From contig OX597821.1 of assembly GCA_951406725.2 (NCBI GenBank), forward strand, positions 25,234,001-25,298,000: a stretch of DNA of 64,000 bases. The letters run 5' to 3'. This stretch comes from Octopus vulgaris. Lineage: Eukaryota. This document shows positions 40,010 to 54,672 of the stretch, one piece after another (the stretch's first letter is position 1; each line of letters opens with the position of its first letter). Position numbers and translations under genes: made by a program. The notes beneath the pieces were generated by a model. The model did no database searches. It was given only the letters and a program-made list of their open reading frames with translations, and was not told the DNA's origin.

Positions 40010-40830
40010 AATTCACTCAATTTCCAAGATTTCTTTACTTAAATACTCACGCCAACCTGTTTCCAGAGGTTTTCTATTGAATTTAAATCCCACAAAATTT
40101 GTACAGTAAGCTTCGAACTGTTCAAGCTGAAAAACTTACGAACTGTTCAAATGACGTTTGGCATATAGAAGCATTAATCTCCTTCAAGATATACGGATCG
40201 GGATAGCTTTGACCTGATGTATCAGGCCGGCTCCTTTTCTAGGTATGCAACCCCAAACCATAACATTACTACTACCATGGTTAACAGCCGTATTTATGCA
40301 CTCCGGTTGAAATTCTCTCTAAGAGACGGAGTGTATGCTCTGTCGAAGATGCTCTCGATGTCAAAGACGAACGAATTAAACTTAGACGCATCCGACCACA
40401 AGATTTTTGACCTGTCTTACCTATCTTATTTTTCTGAGAAAACTAAGATGAGAGTATGTCATCCCACCCACTTCCATGCTACATAAAAATTGTACGTCTT
40501 ATTACGCGCAAGAGGGCACGTAAACCCAAATCAAATCCATCGAAATTTCAAAGCAGCAACACCGATTTGCAAGTAGCGTTCCTATTGAACATCTTCGGTT
40601 AACGGCTGTTATTTTCTTGTTCCTCGTCGTCAAGCGGTGATTGTATCTAATTTATCACTTTAAATTGTTTGTCGCGACAGTCAGAATAGCCATCAATTTC
40701 TTTGAAGATGCTTACAGCATGGTAAGTAGTAATTACTGAATATCCAATTCCAACAGCTATCGCTCGAAAAGTTCTTTTTAGCATATGATATTGGACAATT
40801 CTTGATCACATCTCTCATGGAAGTTTTTTT
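40010..40830 (-). pseudogene. Decayed Tc1-family transposase
   Basis: Minus-strand motifs WSDASKFN, TVNHGSSNVMVWGC and DLNSIENLW. Confidence 0.8.
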
Positions 40831-41589
40831 TTTCTTTACCCTCTAAAAAATAAGAGACTAGGATGATATCAAACACGTGTTGCGCTCCTGGTGGCTAATT
40901 ATTTTAGGGGAGACAATCTCTTTTAGATTAAACTAGAGTCAAATTTGAATGTTTGGACTAACGAAGAAGTACGGAACATGCAGCAGTGTTTCCCAACATA
41001 TTTTCCTCTAAGCCCCACAGTAACTTTCCAGAAAAATGTATGCCCTACCGGTGGTTGGAAAAACGTATAGGTGTAGTATGTTTGTTGTGACCAAAAGATT
41101 TTCTCAATTCCTTGTCCAACAAAAAAAGAAAATAAATAAAAAAGAAATTTGGATTCTACGCCCCACCACAATTTTCCCGGCCCCCACCGGTGAGGTGTAT
41201 GTTTCACGTTAGGAATCCCTGACATACACCTTTATTGTTTCCTGCTTTTACATATCATAATGTTCTTAAAATATCTAGTCTTTGGTAGGTAGCCATGTAT
41301 AGCTCTTCTTTTTGAATTGTCAGCACAGCATACATAGAAACTGCTTCAATTAAGCTGAATTCAGCATATTACGAAGTTGGGCGTATAATATCGAGAGAAA
41401 ATAGTCTATTGTTTAAAAGCATCCTTGAGTTTTTCTTCATTTTATGTCGTGAATTATACGGCAATAGACAAATGAGAAAGTGAGCAAGAGGAATTTCTTA
41501 CATGTAGGTCAATATTTCCAGGGTTATTAACTGTCCATTAAAAGTTTGTCTCAGAAGATAATATCGAATATTAAAGACAATATCCCCGT

Positions 41590-41700
41590 CTTTACGTTCA
41601 GAATTTAATTTCCGTTCAGGTCAACTTTGCTTTTCATCCTTTTGTGGGATTGATAAAATAAGTACCAGTTATGTATTGGGATCGATGTAATCGACTTACT
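41590..41700 (+). mobile_element. Diverged SINE family B fragment, plus orientation
   Basis: gtcaactttgcttttcatcctttt..gataaaataagtaccagtt..atcgatgtaatcgactt. Confidence 0.65.
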
Positions 41701-41777
41701 CCTACCCTGAAATTGCTGTACCAAAATTTGAAACCAATATTAGAGACGATATGTTTTTCTGCATTATCCTTATTATA

Positions 41778-42008
41778 TATTTCTTTACTGCCCACAAGGG
41801 GCTAAACACAGAGGGGACAAACAAGGACAGACAAAGGGATTAAGTCGATTACATCGACCCCAGTGCGTAACTGGTACTTAATTTATCGACCCCGAAAGGA
41901 TGAAAGGCAAAGTCGACCTCGACGGAATTTGAACTCACAACGTAACGGCAGACGAAATACCGCAAAGCATTTCGCCTGGCACGCTAACGTTTCTGCCAGC
42001 TCGCCGCC
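41778..42008 (-). mobile_element. SINE family B, full length
   Basis: Near-consensus copy. Confidence 0.87.
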
Positions 42009-42156
42009 CCTATATTTTCCTTATTATAATTTTCGTAATTAAACATATATGACTCGAAAAGACTAAAGAAATCGTCTCTTCATTAATAGTTTCAATCATG
42101 GTTGATTAAATAAACAGAAACATTAGCACATGCTTTTCTGTAAAATCATATTACAC

Positions 42157-42707
<551 letters not shown>

Positions 42708-43794
42708 TATATAATACGTACACATACAAATGTGAATCACAGTTCGTCTACCCGTATCTCTCACTCAAACGTTCTTTATGTCCATTTCGTTTACCCTCTC
42801 CAATTTTATGTACATCCATCCTACTCTCTCCCCCTCTCTTTGTCTCCCTCTCCCTCTCTCTCTATCTATCTACAAACACACTCTCACACATGCATATACA
42901 CACATTGTGAGTGTGTGTTCTCTTCATTCTCATCTCGTTCCCCCCGTAAACCACTTTTCAAACTGATGTCATCATCCGAAACTTCACATCGGCTCCAAAA
43001 CTTAAAGTAATCTTATATTACGATATATATCCAGTAACCCACAATTATCAATTCATTAAGAAGCGCTTCTGCATCACCTAAAATGTCATCATCCACCTCA
43101 TTCAACAACACAACAACAATACACTCCTCTGAATACATTTTTACAGCACGACAGGCATAACAATTAAAGGGAAACAACTCTTTAAAAAAATAAGATATGG
43201 TTATTTCCCTTAGAACATAACTGTCAAGACAGTCGAGTTTTTATGGTGAGCAAAAACAAAACTGGAATTTATTTCCATTGTCCGATTGGAAATATTTCAA
43301 ATTATTAACATTGATAATATTCTTAGAAAAGGCACGACTGTGCAATTCTCCACCACTTAAAATATTATAAATGGTTAAAATGGAACAAATAGTGAAGTAC
43401 GTAGCCATATTGTTTAATAGTCACATTTTAACGATATGTTGCATCGTTCGCATGTAGTCCACTATTGATACATATCCAAAACCATAGCCTTCCCTTGTAA
43501 GCATAAATGACCAAATAGTATGCATGTACGGCATACCTATTCACGTGCCCCCACCCCACCCCGCCCAAGAAATTTGCTTCCTTATAACTTTTAGAAAAAT
43601 GGATTTTTTAAAAATAAATCTACAAATACTTTCCAGATGGCGTGGATCTCGATGATATCGGAATAGATAAAAAAAAAAAGGCAGGCGGGCAGAGAATAGT
43701 TCCGGATAATTCACACCAGCCGACTTTGTTTCTTCATAAATTTCATAATGAATATTTTGTAATGAAATTTTCGATAGATTACCTTTCAGAATGT

Positions 43795-44104
43795 GATCAC
43801 GTGATCACGTGACCGACCAGACCATCAGACGTTGTTACACATCGCTGGTCACAAAGCGTTCGCATTGTTTTAGCCTTCGAATGACGCCACCCCGCTGGCT
43901 AAGCGAGCAGGCCTACAGAAGAAAGAGTGAGAAAAAGAGCGGTGAAAGAGTACAGCAGGGATCACCACCATCCCCTGCCGGAGCCTCGTGGAGCTTTTTA
44001 GGTGTTATCGCTCAATAAACACTCACAACGCCCGGTCTGAGAATCGAAACCGCGATCCTACGACCGCGAGTCTGCTGCCCTAACCACTGGGCCATTGCGC
44101 CTCC
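43795..44104 (-). mobile_element. SINE family C, full length (tail type 1)
   Basis: Head GGAGGCGCAATGGCCCAGTGGTTAGG...GGTTTCGATTC; tail ends in (GTGATCAC)n. Confidence 0.85.
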
Positions 44105-44717
44105 CTTTCAGAATGTATAGGTTTCAATTATATCAGAATTTGGTTGTTAAAAAAATGGTGGGCGTGCGCACATACTTACTGACACACATCACATAACTTT
44201 TACAAAATTTCGCATTTCGTTTTGTAGATTTATATATGATGTGTATCAGTACACACACATATCGGTAGTTGGCGGGTGGTGGTTGTGTTGCATATACCGC
44301 GCTTTCGCTTATTGTTTTCGGTGTTTTTTTGTTCTGGGGAGCAGATATATGGATACAATCCCAACCTTTCCAGTTTTGTTCCAACGGAACATCGAGCATG
44401 TGACTATAGCTGGAGTGTTGAAGACTATGCCGGCACTAGGCTGCTATCCATTTATAATAGCTAAGCAGACTGAAAGCAACATGAAAGGAAACAGCTTGTG
44501 CAAGACAGCGCGCCGCCCAGTCCAGGAATCGAACTCACCTAATCGCTGTGAGCCATAAGCCATAACCACTAGATGTGCTGTGAATTAGATCTTGCAGTGG
44601 ACGTGCAGTGCATGTCGCAGGATATATTCAGTAGATGTTGCAGTAGATGTGCTGTGTAGATGTTGCAGTAGACGGGTGCTGCAAAACCCTACCCACTTAG
44701 CCTGACCTCTTCACTGG

Positions 44718-44784
<67 letters not shown>

Positions 44785-45003
44785 ATATTTAAGTGTGTAT
44801 GTTACTGTTAAAAGATTAAGAGTAAATAAAATGCAACAAGGACACAGTTTTGATTCTTTTAAAAATTTTACTTTGATAAACCCTTTTTATTAAAGTCCCG
44901 TGGTCCATACAAAACAATGAAAGACAAAAGAAAATGCATGTATATATACATGACTGTGTGTGTGAGTCTGTGTATATGTATGAATATGCATATGTATGTG
45001 TGA

Positions 45004-45048
<45 letters not shown>

Positions 45049-45181
45049 TAGAGTATGTGAGTGTATATGTGTGTTTTTTGTGCGTATATACAGCCAATAT
45101 ATACACAAAAACATACGTATGTGTATGTATGCGTGTTTGTGCAAAATTGGTAACAATATGCACTGACGATTGAGTACCAAA

Positions 45182-46648
45182 TCACAAAGAAGTCTGTTTG
45201 AATGGTAGCACCTTTGATTGAAAGGGCGTCGTGCCCTTTAAATTCCAGTTATTTGCAGATACATTCACTCCACTTTTATAAACATATCTCGAACTTTTAT
45301 TTGGATTTACAATGAGATTCGTATCGTTCCCTTTGTTCTCACAATTGAAGTCACATGATCTGTTGTCATGCGTATCGGCTGAGATCCAACTGGTGTCCGA
45401 ATATATACTCAACTGTCGTCGTTCTCTGGGCGTGCTGGCCAATGATGCTCCGTAACCCTCATCGGAAGTGAAACTGAGATTATCTCCCTTAGCAATATGG
45501 AAGCTTCTATTACTGTCATTCTCCGTTTGAGAATTGTGTTTTGTAGGTATTCTGTTATTCTCGTTCTTTAAATTATTTTCCTTTCTGATTTCCTCAGAAT
45601 AGTGTTCTGTATTGCCGTCGCTCTTCGTGTCCCTCTTTCTATTACATTCTGATATGCTATTTTTCTCAAGGTTTACTGTGTTTCGACAAACAGAGCTCTC
45701 CTGTTGAACGGTATTTTTTTTCTGTTCTTCAGTTTTTGAACTTCGTGAAAAATTCTGTGTTGGATTAGAGTTTTCTTTAGAATTGGACAAGTGGTCCTGT
45801 TTTTTATTTAGACCACGGATTCCAGACTGCTTATCGACGTGTCTCTGATTCCCATCAACGTCATTTTGCGGTCGATATTCTGTGTATTTGTGTGTGTTGT
45901 TATCACTTGCTTTTTGCGCTATTTTTCTTGGTTCTTCTGACCTCTGCTTCAATTGACACTGCGAAAAATCTAAACTTCTACGGCTGACTTTCTTGATATC
46001 AGAACTGCTGGCTCGCCTAAGTAAAGGATCGAACTGAGAAACTCGAAAATCCTTATTGTAGTTCATACCTACAGTAAATGAACCCCGCCTGTTAATTTTG
46101 ACGTCTTTAGAGACCCCAAGACAGTTGCAAATCTGGTTTTTTGTCTTCGTACTGCTTACATTTCTCTGGCTATCACTACCTGCGTTGAGTATTCTATCGT
46201 CCTCATCAATTTTCGAGTGATACTGACGCAAAACAGCATGCATGGGACTCGGATAATCCCTGCTGGCTGTTAAAGGTGACATTTCTCCTTTTTGTTTCGT
46301 AAGTACAGCATGACATTGAAAACTAGCTCTGCGCATGGTGGAGAAGGTCTCTAATTCGTTGTGGTTATTCTCCAAAGGATTGGTCCATTTTACCAATCTG
46401 TTCGACACACACCCTAAGTCATATCGGAAAGCATCAGATCTCCCATAATGCTCTAGTCCAGGATAACCGGAAACGCTAACTGGACGTTTTGTTTGACGTC
46501 GATAATTCGTTTGATTGCTATTGTTTTTCGAAGATGGGTTGCGTTGGACATTTGACCGACTGTTCTCACCTTTCACGGATTCCTCACTAATTTTCTCTAA
46601 GTTCGTCACAGACAGACGGGTGCGGCAGGTGGACAACCATTCGTTAGC
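45182..46648 (-). CDS. Large terminal coding exon (about 488 aa; Ser/Asn/Lys/Arg-rich, probably disordered) of an unidentified gene
   Basis: 1.46 kb stop-free non-repetitive frame starting exactly at a strong acceptor (tttttgctttctttttcAG|GCT AAC GAA TGG), phase 0. Contains several RRxS motifs. Confidence 0.85.
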   Translation of the reverse strand, partial: ANEWLSTCRTRLSVTNLEKISEESVKGENSRSNVQRNPSSKNNSNQTNYRRQTKRPVSVSGYPGLEHYGRSDAFRYDLGCVSNRLVKWTNPLENNHNELETFSTMRRASFQCHAVLTKQKGEMSPLTASRDYPSPMHAVLRQYHSKIDEDDRILNAGSDSQRNVSSTKTKNQICNCLGVSKDVKINRRGSFTVGMNYNKDFRVSQFDPLLRRASSSDIKKVSRRSLDFSQCQLKQRSEEPRKIAQKASDNNTHKYTEYRPQNDVDGNQRHVDKQSGIRGLNKKQDHLSNSKENSNPTQNFSRSSKTEEQKKNTVQQESSVCRNTVNLEKNSISECNRKRDTKSDGNTEHYSEEIRKENNLKNENNRIPTKHNSQTENDSNRSFHIAKGDNLSFTSDEGYGASLASTPRERRQLSIYSDTSWISADTHDNRSCDFNCENKGNDTNLIVNPNKSSRYVYKSGVNVSANNWNLKGTTPFQSKVLPFKQTSL

Positions 46649-47489
46649 CTGAAAAAGAAAGCAAAAATATGAAGAAAAAAAGACATAACAATATAGTCAA
46701 CTAATGGGTAAAAGAAAGAAATTTTTAAAGTGGCAAAATAACAGAATGTTTACATTTTGTTTCAATATAAAGAAGAAAACGTACGTGTGTATGTATTAAA
46801 CGGTGAGTTGCATACAGATAGAAGTGAATTAAAATTTTGTGGGGAACCGAGCGTGCAATCTTGTTTTTTTGTTAACCCCTTAATATTCACACTATTTTGT
46901 CGAATTTAATGCTTGTTTATTTACATTGTTTTCAATTAATCATGCATTATCTTGTAGTTTTGAGATGTTGATAATGTGACTATTTGCTTTTAGAATTACA
47001 TTGTATGGTAGGTGTGAGAGTTTGGATGTGGTCAGTTTGAACATAAACCAGGAAGAGCACCTGGGCCAGTAAGGGTCGGTTTCAATGCTAAAGGGTTAAA
47101 CCAAAGTTTGCCTCTGGCTCCTATCGATATCATTTTATGATCGATACCCTGTACATCTGTCCATGTGGTTACCATTTGCTTGTCGTGCTGATTATTTTGG
47201 TCCTTCAGAAGTCGGTTTCGTTTGAATCGAAACAATGCAGTTTCAGTTCTCAGTTGAATCCATTTTATTTAAATTATGTTTTGGAATTAAAATGTCACGA
47301 ATGTAACCATTCCGTTTTTTCCCCTCCCTCTTTTTTTTTGTGGTGGGAGTGGTTGGGGAAATACTATTTATTATATTCTAAACATCGATAACTACGAATG
47401 ATTATTGACTTTTATTAACTTCAGAAGAAGCAAATATTGATGTAGTGATGTTCATCACTGTCCTAATGGCATTCGTGAACCAAATAATC

Positions 47490-47730
47490 CTTTCTACTAT
47501 AGGCGCAAGGCCCGAAATTCGGGGAGGGAGATAGTCGATTATATCAACCCCAGTGCGTAACTGGTACTTATTTCATCGACTTATTTCATCGACTTATTTC
47601 ATCCGAAAGGATGAAAAGCAAAGACGACCTCGGCGGAATTTGAACTCAGAACGTAGCGACGGGCGAAATACCACTAAGCATTTTGCCCAAAGTGCTAACG
47701 ATTCTTATTTCTTTATTGCCCACAAGGCAA
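47490..47730 (-). mobile_element. Diverged SINE family B variant with an internal acttatttcatcg triplication
   Basis: cccagtgcgtaactggtac..ggcggaatttgaactcagaacg. Confidence 0.7.
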
Positions 47731-47849
47731 TCTCTGAAAGTTTCATCCGAATCCATCCAGCGGTTTTTTGAGATATCTTGTCCACGGACAAAAAAACGAA
47801 CAAACACAACTGAAAACAATACCTCCGCTTTCGCTAAGGCGGAAGTAAT
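47730..47849 (+). mobile_element. Possible 3' end of a non-autonomous Helentron/HINE-type element
   Basis: Terminal hairpin acctccgct-ttcgcta-aggcggaagt preceded by aagtttcat..aatccatcc..tttttgagatatc. Confidence 0.35.
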
Positions 47850-48319
47850 AAATATTGGGTCGGGAGGCGGTAATCACATTTGATGACGTAGTACACAAGC
47901 AGCAAACTAAAAAGCATTTGACTTTATGTAGTACTCTAATAGTACCTTATACACACACACACATATATTCTTCGGTCACGCTTCTTACGCAGATTCTCGG
48001 TGAATCTTTCATTAGCTGATTGCACAACCATCGTCATCATCCCTATGGATGCGTTGCAGTTACTCTCTTGCTGGAACTTGGTGATCCTGACGGTTTATCT
48101 TCCAGGATTCCTCGGCTCAGGATCAATGCAAGAAGCACTTAGTTGAACTCTTCCCCCACCTCCTCACTATCTGCCATGCTGCAATCCCATAATTTCACCG
48201 TTTCTCTAGCAGGGTGGCTAAACGGGTGCTATGCCTTGCCAAAGGGCAACCTGTAACTATGCAGGGCACGGCCGTCACTCTGTGGAGCATTTTCAAAACA
48301 TCCGCATACCGGCATACCT

Positions 48320-48548
48320 ATTTCTTTACTACCCACAAAGGGCTAAACACAGAGAGGACCAACAAGGACAGACAAACGGATTAAGTCGATTATATCGACC
48401 CCAGAACGTAACTGGTACTTATTTAATCGACCCCGAAAGGATGAAAGGCAAAGTCGACCTCGGCGGAATTTGAACTCAGAACGTAACGGCAGACGAAATA
48501 CGGCTACGCATTTCACCCGGCGTGCTAACGTTTCTGCTAGCTCGCCAC
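48320..48548 (-). mobile_element. SINE family B, full length
   Basis: Near-consensus copy. Confidence 0.87.
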
Positions 48549-48965
48549 CTTTTACCTGCATACCTGCAAACACGCATACCTAATGTATGTACTCAAATAG
48601 TACATCACTACACTCACTTGATATCTCGTATAGTCGTTCCCTGCACCGTTACAATACCTAAAAATGTAAGCCAGCCGTCACTCGCGAGTGAATATGACTT
48701 CGTAACACATCCCATGCTTTTAGATAATTGATTCCTATGTAGGCAAAGACTGACATAGACAACTCCACACCCCCGGCCAGTCCACCCTTGACGCAGCCGT
48801 ACATCCAGGATATAACAGCATGAAAGAGGGAGCCTTTGCAACACACAGTATTCATTGACAGCTAAGTAGATCGAGACATCTTGAAATAGAATGACTGCTA
48901 AAGCAGAAAACGTGTCTCTAACCCACGATCTACGACCTTATGTTCATGAGCCGAACACCGTAACC

Positions 48966-49383
48966 GCATCTTTTCGGTTTGAACGGCAGTTTTTTTAACA
49001 TAATTTCTAGGTAACTAAAAAATTTTAAACTTCGTGTACTGGTAGAATGTGTTTATAAAATATCTTTTTCTCTTGGCTTTATTGAGAAAATTCTATAGTT
49101 TGTAAGATATGTGTTGTTGTTTTTCTTCAATTTCTGCAATTTCTACCAATCAATGACGTCCATTGAGGTAAAAACATTCTGTGCCGTATGAATATGTCCC
49201 TCGTTTAAGAAACAGATTGGGTTTATTTACATTTGTGAAAAAAAAAAGATACCCTTCCCCCCACCCCTAACCTTAACCCTAAAACAGATTGAAATGCAAT
49301 AGATCGGTACTAGGGTCATAATTACGGGTGACAATTTCATATGACACCGCTAGAAAAAACTGCCGTTCAAACGGAAAAGATCC
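48966..49383 (-). mobile_element. GGATC-TIR MITE (Merlin-like), complete, with 8-bp TSD CCGTAACC
   Basis: ccgtaacc at 48958-48965 and 49384-49391; internal ccctaa repeats. Confidence 0.9.
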
Positions 49384-49570
49384 CCGTAACCACCGGGCCA
49401 CACCTATTCATTACAGTACCTGAATCCATCCTTTATAGTACATATTACACACTTATATATATACGTTTCATTATAGAACTTTACTTCACTTCCCAAGCTG
49501 TCAACAACTGACCTTGTGATACATTTATACATATTTATAAGTCTTTTCTCTTTTATCTGAGCCTGTGCAA

Positions 49571-49601
<31 letters not shown>

Positions 49602-49899
49602 TCATGTGCTCTTTCTCTCTCTCTCTCTCCCTCTCATGTGCTCTTTCTCTCTCTCTCTCCCTCTCATGTGCTCTTTCTCTCTCTCTCTCCCTCTCTACTT
49701 TCATTTAGTATTATCCTTTACAAAAAGATTAAAAAACGTTAAAAAGAGTGTCTTCCCAAATATGCCAAGGTTTATAAGCCAGGTGTCTATTTATACATTA
49801 CATGCCTCTTCCATCACCACCACTACCACTGCTGCCTGCTATCACCACCACCACCACCACCACTACTACTACTACATATATATATGTATGTATATATAC

Positions 49900-49970
<71 letters not shown>

Positions 49971-49985
49971 CATATATATATATGC

Positions 49986-50016
<31 letters not shown>

Positions 50017-50023
50017 TATAGCC

Positions 50024-50063
<40 letters not shown>

Positions 50064-50065
50064 GC

Positions 50066-50101
<36 letters not shown>

Positions 50102-50165
50102 CCATATAAATATATATATATATACATATAAATATATATATATATACATACAAAAATATATATAC

Positions 50166-50201
<36 letters not shown>

Positions 50202-50468
50202 ATAAGCGATGCCTTGAAATGTGTAACGGCAGAAATTAAATTGTAACGATAATATGAAATGTCGGAGTCGTAATCAGTTTGTAAGGGATTGGTTCTTCGT
50301 TGATTGCCATTATGTAAAGATGAAAGAACAGTGATTGAAGTTGTGAAGAAAATACTTATTTTACCGTTACATTATACAATACCTTGCCTCGACGGGCAGG
50401 TGATAAAATCGTAAAACATGCGAAGTAAGAGATAGGTGTATAGTTTGTGTAACTTCATCATGTGGTAT

Positions 50469-50526
<58 letters not shown>

Positions 50527-50583
50527 TATTGAAGTAGATAAATGAATTATCTTATTACGGATAATTCGAAAGATAACCGATAC

Positions 50584-50650
50584 CTGGGTAGCAAAATTTG
50601 TCGAAAAGCTTGTTGTGCATTTTGTTGGAGAATTAAGTTCCTGGATTTTC
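50584..50650 (-). CDS. Internal 67-nt coding exon of the minus-strand gene
   Basis: ctttctcttcAG|G-KIQELNSPTKCTTSFSTNFATQ|GTatcg. Phase 2 in and phase 0 out, matching both neighbouring exons. Confidence 0.6.
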
Positions 50651-50784
50651 CTGAAGAGAAAGCTGCAAAATGGACTCCTTATTCAATCGGAATTAGGGAC
50701 TTTGCAGACTTCGAAACATATGTCGAAAATAAAATAAAGGAATTTTGTTAAATCTTCGTTCAGCTCCATTCTTTCCTATACTTA

Positions 50785-50880
<96 letters not shown>

Positions 50881-51452
50881 ACGTGTACACGCTTTCATAG
50901 TAGTAATCCACAAATAGAGATAGAGTGATGTGGTAAGAAAAAGTAAGTGAGCTAGTGAAAGTGAGGGAGTATGGGACGTTGTTTCGTATAGTCTCTGATT
51001 GTAAACTTCTTTCTTTTTCCCTCGGGCCGTTTGGCTGCCTGCTTGTGGCCATGATTCTAGTGGTCGATTCACTAACTGATGTTAGCTCTCTCTCAACTCA
51101 CGAGTTATCACCAACTGACTAAGTTTTGCTTGGGTGTTCTTGTTTTTATAACTATCCAGAAGAATAGATATATATCGTTGAGAACAATGGACTTTGTTGG
51201 TGGTACTGTGATATCTTAATTCTAGCTTTTGGTGAAATAGAAGAGGTTGGAAGGGTCAAGTAGTGAAGACATTATTTCGGCTTAGTTAAGGAGTCTGGCA
51301 AATGTAAACTGCTGTCACAGAAAAACCATTGTTTCACCGTGAAAAAACTTCTGTTGAAATGTTAATTTAAATTTGGCTATCTAGGATCGAATCCACTTCA
51401 TGTTTACAAGATTCACTACGTATATATTATATTATATTATATTATATTATAT

Positions 51453-51483
<31 letters not shown>

Positions 51484-51509
51484 ATAGACATATATATATA
51501 TACACACAC

Positions 51510-51650
51510 GATGGGTTTCTTTCAGTTTCCGTCTACCAAATCCACCTACAAGGGTTTCGTTGACCCGAGGTTAATGTAGAAAACACTTGCTCAAGGTATC
51601 ACGAAGTGGGACTGAACCCGGAACCAAGGAGTTCGGAAGCAAGCTTCTTC
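51510..51650 (-). mobile_element. SINE family A 5' fragment
   Basis: ttcagtttccgtctaccaaatccac..gtgggactgaacccggaacc. Confidence 0.7.
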
Positions 51651-51659
51651 ATAATTATA

Positions 51660-51950
51660 TTATTTATTTACTTATTGTGGCCGGGTTCCAACCCGGGCCG
51701 CAGCAACGAAGTCCAATCGCCACACTTTTCTGTCCAACATCACTGCCTCGAGGTCCTGGATACATTCTAGGCCTGTGTCTGCAATCAAGTTATTGATGCG
51801 TGACGGCGTTTTCGTCTTCTTACATCCGCATAAAGTGCGTTCCACAAGACCAATTTGGATGCTTCCAGTTCAGGGTGGTGCACCCAGTAGTTTTTCCAGG
51901 TCAAGATATCAGTCTACCAGTTGCATCTATTGCCTTCTTCCTCTTCACAC
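51660..51950 (-). mobile_element. RTE-clade LINE 3' end relic
   Basis: Minus-strand HPELEASKLVLW...LIADTGLECIQDLEAVMLDRKVWR...* followed by a (TAA)-rich tail. Confidence 0.7.
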
Positions 51951-52228
51951 ACACTCCCCACCACATACACACACTTGGTAGATAAATAAATCGTTATAAG
52001 TGTTCTTAGAAATACCATTGCACACTTGCAGCAGCTGATTCGAACGCACAGCTTGCACACAGTTAGTTCAGTACCACATCAACACACGTCACTGTTACAT
52101 CCCCCCCCCCCGCCACTTAATAAAACCTCCTTATCTCAACGTGACCCAGTTTTAATCAAATTACATAAACAGTAACATTGGAATTTATGTCAAATCTATC
52201 CATGTTTCGTCGCGTGGGCGGTAATAAA

Positions 52229-52997
52229 GTCGCAGGAAAAAAGTCACAGAAAAAAAAGTCACAATTTTGGCAAGAAAAAAGTCACAGGAAAAAAACCACA
52301 ATTTATGATGGCCGATAATAAAGCCACAGAAAAAAAACGTTACAATTTTGTCTAGGAAAGTCAGGTAATCAAACAAAAATGTTAAAGTCAATCACAATTT
52401 ATTTAAGTACCATAAACAATTAAAGTAATAAAACAGAAAATATTCTAAATTAGCTATTAACTGACAATTCATGACTTGACATATTGACAACACTATTTAT
52501 ATATGATGGGGATCTTTTCGGTTTGAATGGCAGTTTTTTCTAGCGGTGTCATATGAAATTGTCACCCGTAATTATGACCCTAGTATCGATCTATTGCATT
52601 TCAATCTCTTTTAGGGTTAGGGTTAGTTAGGGTCAAGGGTGGGGGGAAGGGTATCTTTTTTTCTTCACAAATGTAAATAAACCCAATCTGTTTCTTAAAC
52701 GAGGGACATATTCATACGGCACAGAATGTTTTTTTACCTCAATAGACGTATTTGATTGGTTGAAATTGCAGAAATTGAAGAAAAAAAACAACAAATATCT
52801 TACAAACTATAGAATTTTCTCAATAAAGCCAAGAGAAAAAGATGTTTCTACCAGAATACGAAGTATTCTACCAGAATACGAAGTTTAAAAGTGTTTAGTT
52901 ACGTGGAAATTATTTTAAAAAACTGCCGTTCAAACCGAAAAGATCCTATGATGGCATTACATGTAACGTTTTTTCCTGGATTCCTTTCGGTGACCCC
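52229..52997 (+). mobile_element. Probable DNA-element relic with subterminal GGAAAAAAGTCAC repeats, hosting a nested MITE
   Basis: Repeated (g)gaaaaaagtcac at 52230-52330 and complementary tttttcctgga..ggtgacc at 52970-52997. Confidence 0.45.
52510..52946 (+). mobile_element. GGATC-TIR MITE (Merlin-like), complete, with 8-bp TSD TATGATGG
   Basis: tatgatgg at 52502-52509 and 52947-52954. Confidence 0.92.
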
Positions 52998-53029
52998 TAT
53001 TTATTTCTATCTGTTAAATTACATGGGTC

Positions 53030-53290
53030 AAGGCAGTGCTTGAGATTTTACATTTACGATCGCCAGATTGTGGTTTCGATTCCTGGACGGGTAGCGCATT
53101 TTATTCTTGAGCGAAACACTTTCATGCCACTCCAGTCCATTCAACTGTAAATAGATAACCCCGCCGGGGACTGGAGAATGTTGCCCTGCACACCTAACCA
53201 GTGAGGTGGCATTATTCGAAAGATACAACAATGCGAGAAAGCACATTGTGACCAGCGGTGTGTAGCAACATCCGATAGTCTGGTCGATAA
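53030..53290 (+). mobile_element. Diverged SINE family C
   Basis: gtggtttcgattcctggacgg..ttgagcgaaacac..cattgtgaccagcggtgtgtagcaacatc. Confidence 0.6.
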
Positions 53291-53519
53291 AATGCAATTA
53301 ACGGAGAGCATTTATTATCTATTACACACAGGGGATATTTATTCCATATAGAGGGGTGTTACTTCACAGAATAGGTATATATTATTAACAGAGTATCTAT
53401 TTCACTGAGAGGGTATTCATTTTGCTGAGAGAGTATATAGTACTCACACAGTATCTCTGACTCACACAGTCTATTTATACAAGGACAGTACGCTGTACAC
53501 ATTATATACAGACAGCTTT

Positions 53520-53726
53520 CTTTTATTCTTTTATTTGCTTCAGTCATTTGAGTGCGGCCATGCTTGAACACTGCCTTTAGTCGAGCAAATCGACCCCAGG
53601 ACTTATTCTTTGTAAGCCTTGTACTTATTCTATCGGTCTCTCTTGCCGAACCGCTAAGTGACTGGGACGTAAATACACTAGCATCGGTTGTCAAGCGATG
53701 TTGTGGGGGTCAAACACAGATACACA

Positions 53727-53795
<69 letters not shown>

Positions 53796-53958
53796 TTATA
53801 TACGACGGGATTCTTTCATTTTCCGTTTACCAAATCCACTCACAAGGCTTTGGTCTTGGTCGGCTCGTGGCTATAGTAGAAGACACTTGCCTAAGGTGCC
53901 ACGCTGTGGGACTGAACCCAGAACCATGTGGTTGGTAATAAAGCTACTTACCACACAG
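53520..53958 (-). mobile_element. SINE family A, near full length
   Basis: Matches the consensus; internal (TA)n. Confidence 0.85.
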
Positions 53959-54215
53959 ACACAGAATAGCTATTACACACAGACCAACGATTATATACGG
54001 GAAGTATTTATTATACAGAGAGAGTATTGATTACACAGGAAAAAACGTATCTATTACACACATAGAGTAATTAGAGACACACATGCATACGCAAGCACAC
54101 GCGTGCGCATATACAGTATAACACTGACGATATGTTACACATAGGAAATATAACACACAGAATATTGTTTACACGTGCACAAACCATCTATAACAGAGAT
54201 ATACTTTGTATTACT

Positions 54216-54252
<37 letters not shown>

Positions 54253-54496
54253 GAATTTACAATGCATTGAAGATAATACTATACACGGAGAAAGAGGATT
54301 AGGTTTCATTAGAGAGGAAAGGTGGGTATTCAAATATCTCACACAGAAGACATGGATTAGGGTTTAAGAAAAATCTAGAGAGATTACTGAAGAAAAGATT
54401 AACTTCTATTCTGAATGCACCTCTCCTCTTTGGAAGACTTCGTGTGTGTGTGTGTGTGTGTGTGTGTAACGACTAAGATTATCTGACTTGAGGCAA

Positions 54497-54569
<73 letters not shown>

Positions 54570-54672
54570 TGCAAGAAGAAAATGGAGGAAAATAACAAGA
54601 GGTTGGTTGTTTGTGCTAGTAAGCCATTAATTTACATATTGACATATTGACAACACTATTTATATACGACGG

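Noticed and set aside
44030-44104. tRNA-like sequences at SINE heads
   Set aside because: A/B boxes are present but there is no complete cloverleaf, and they continue into SINE bodies.
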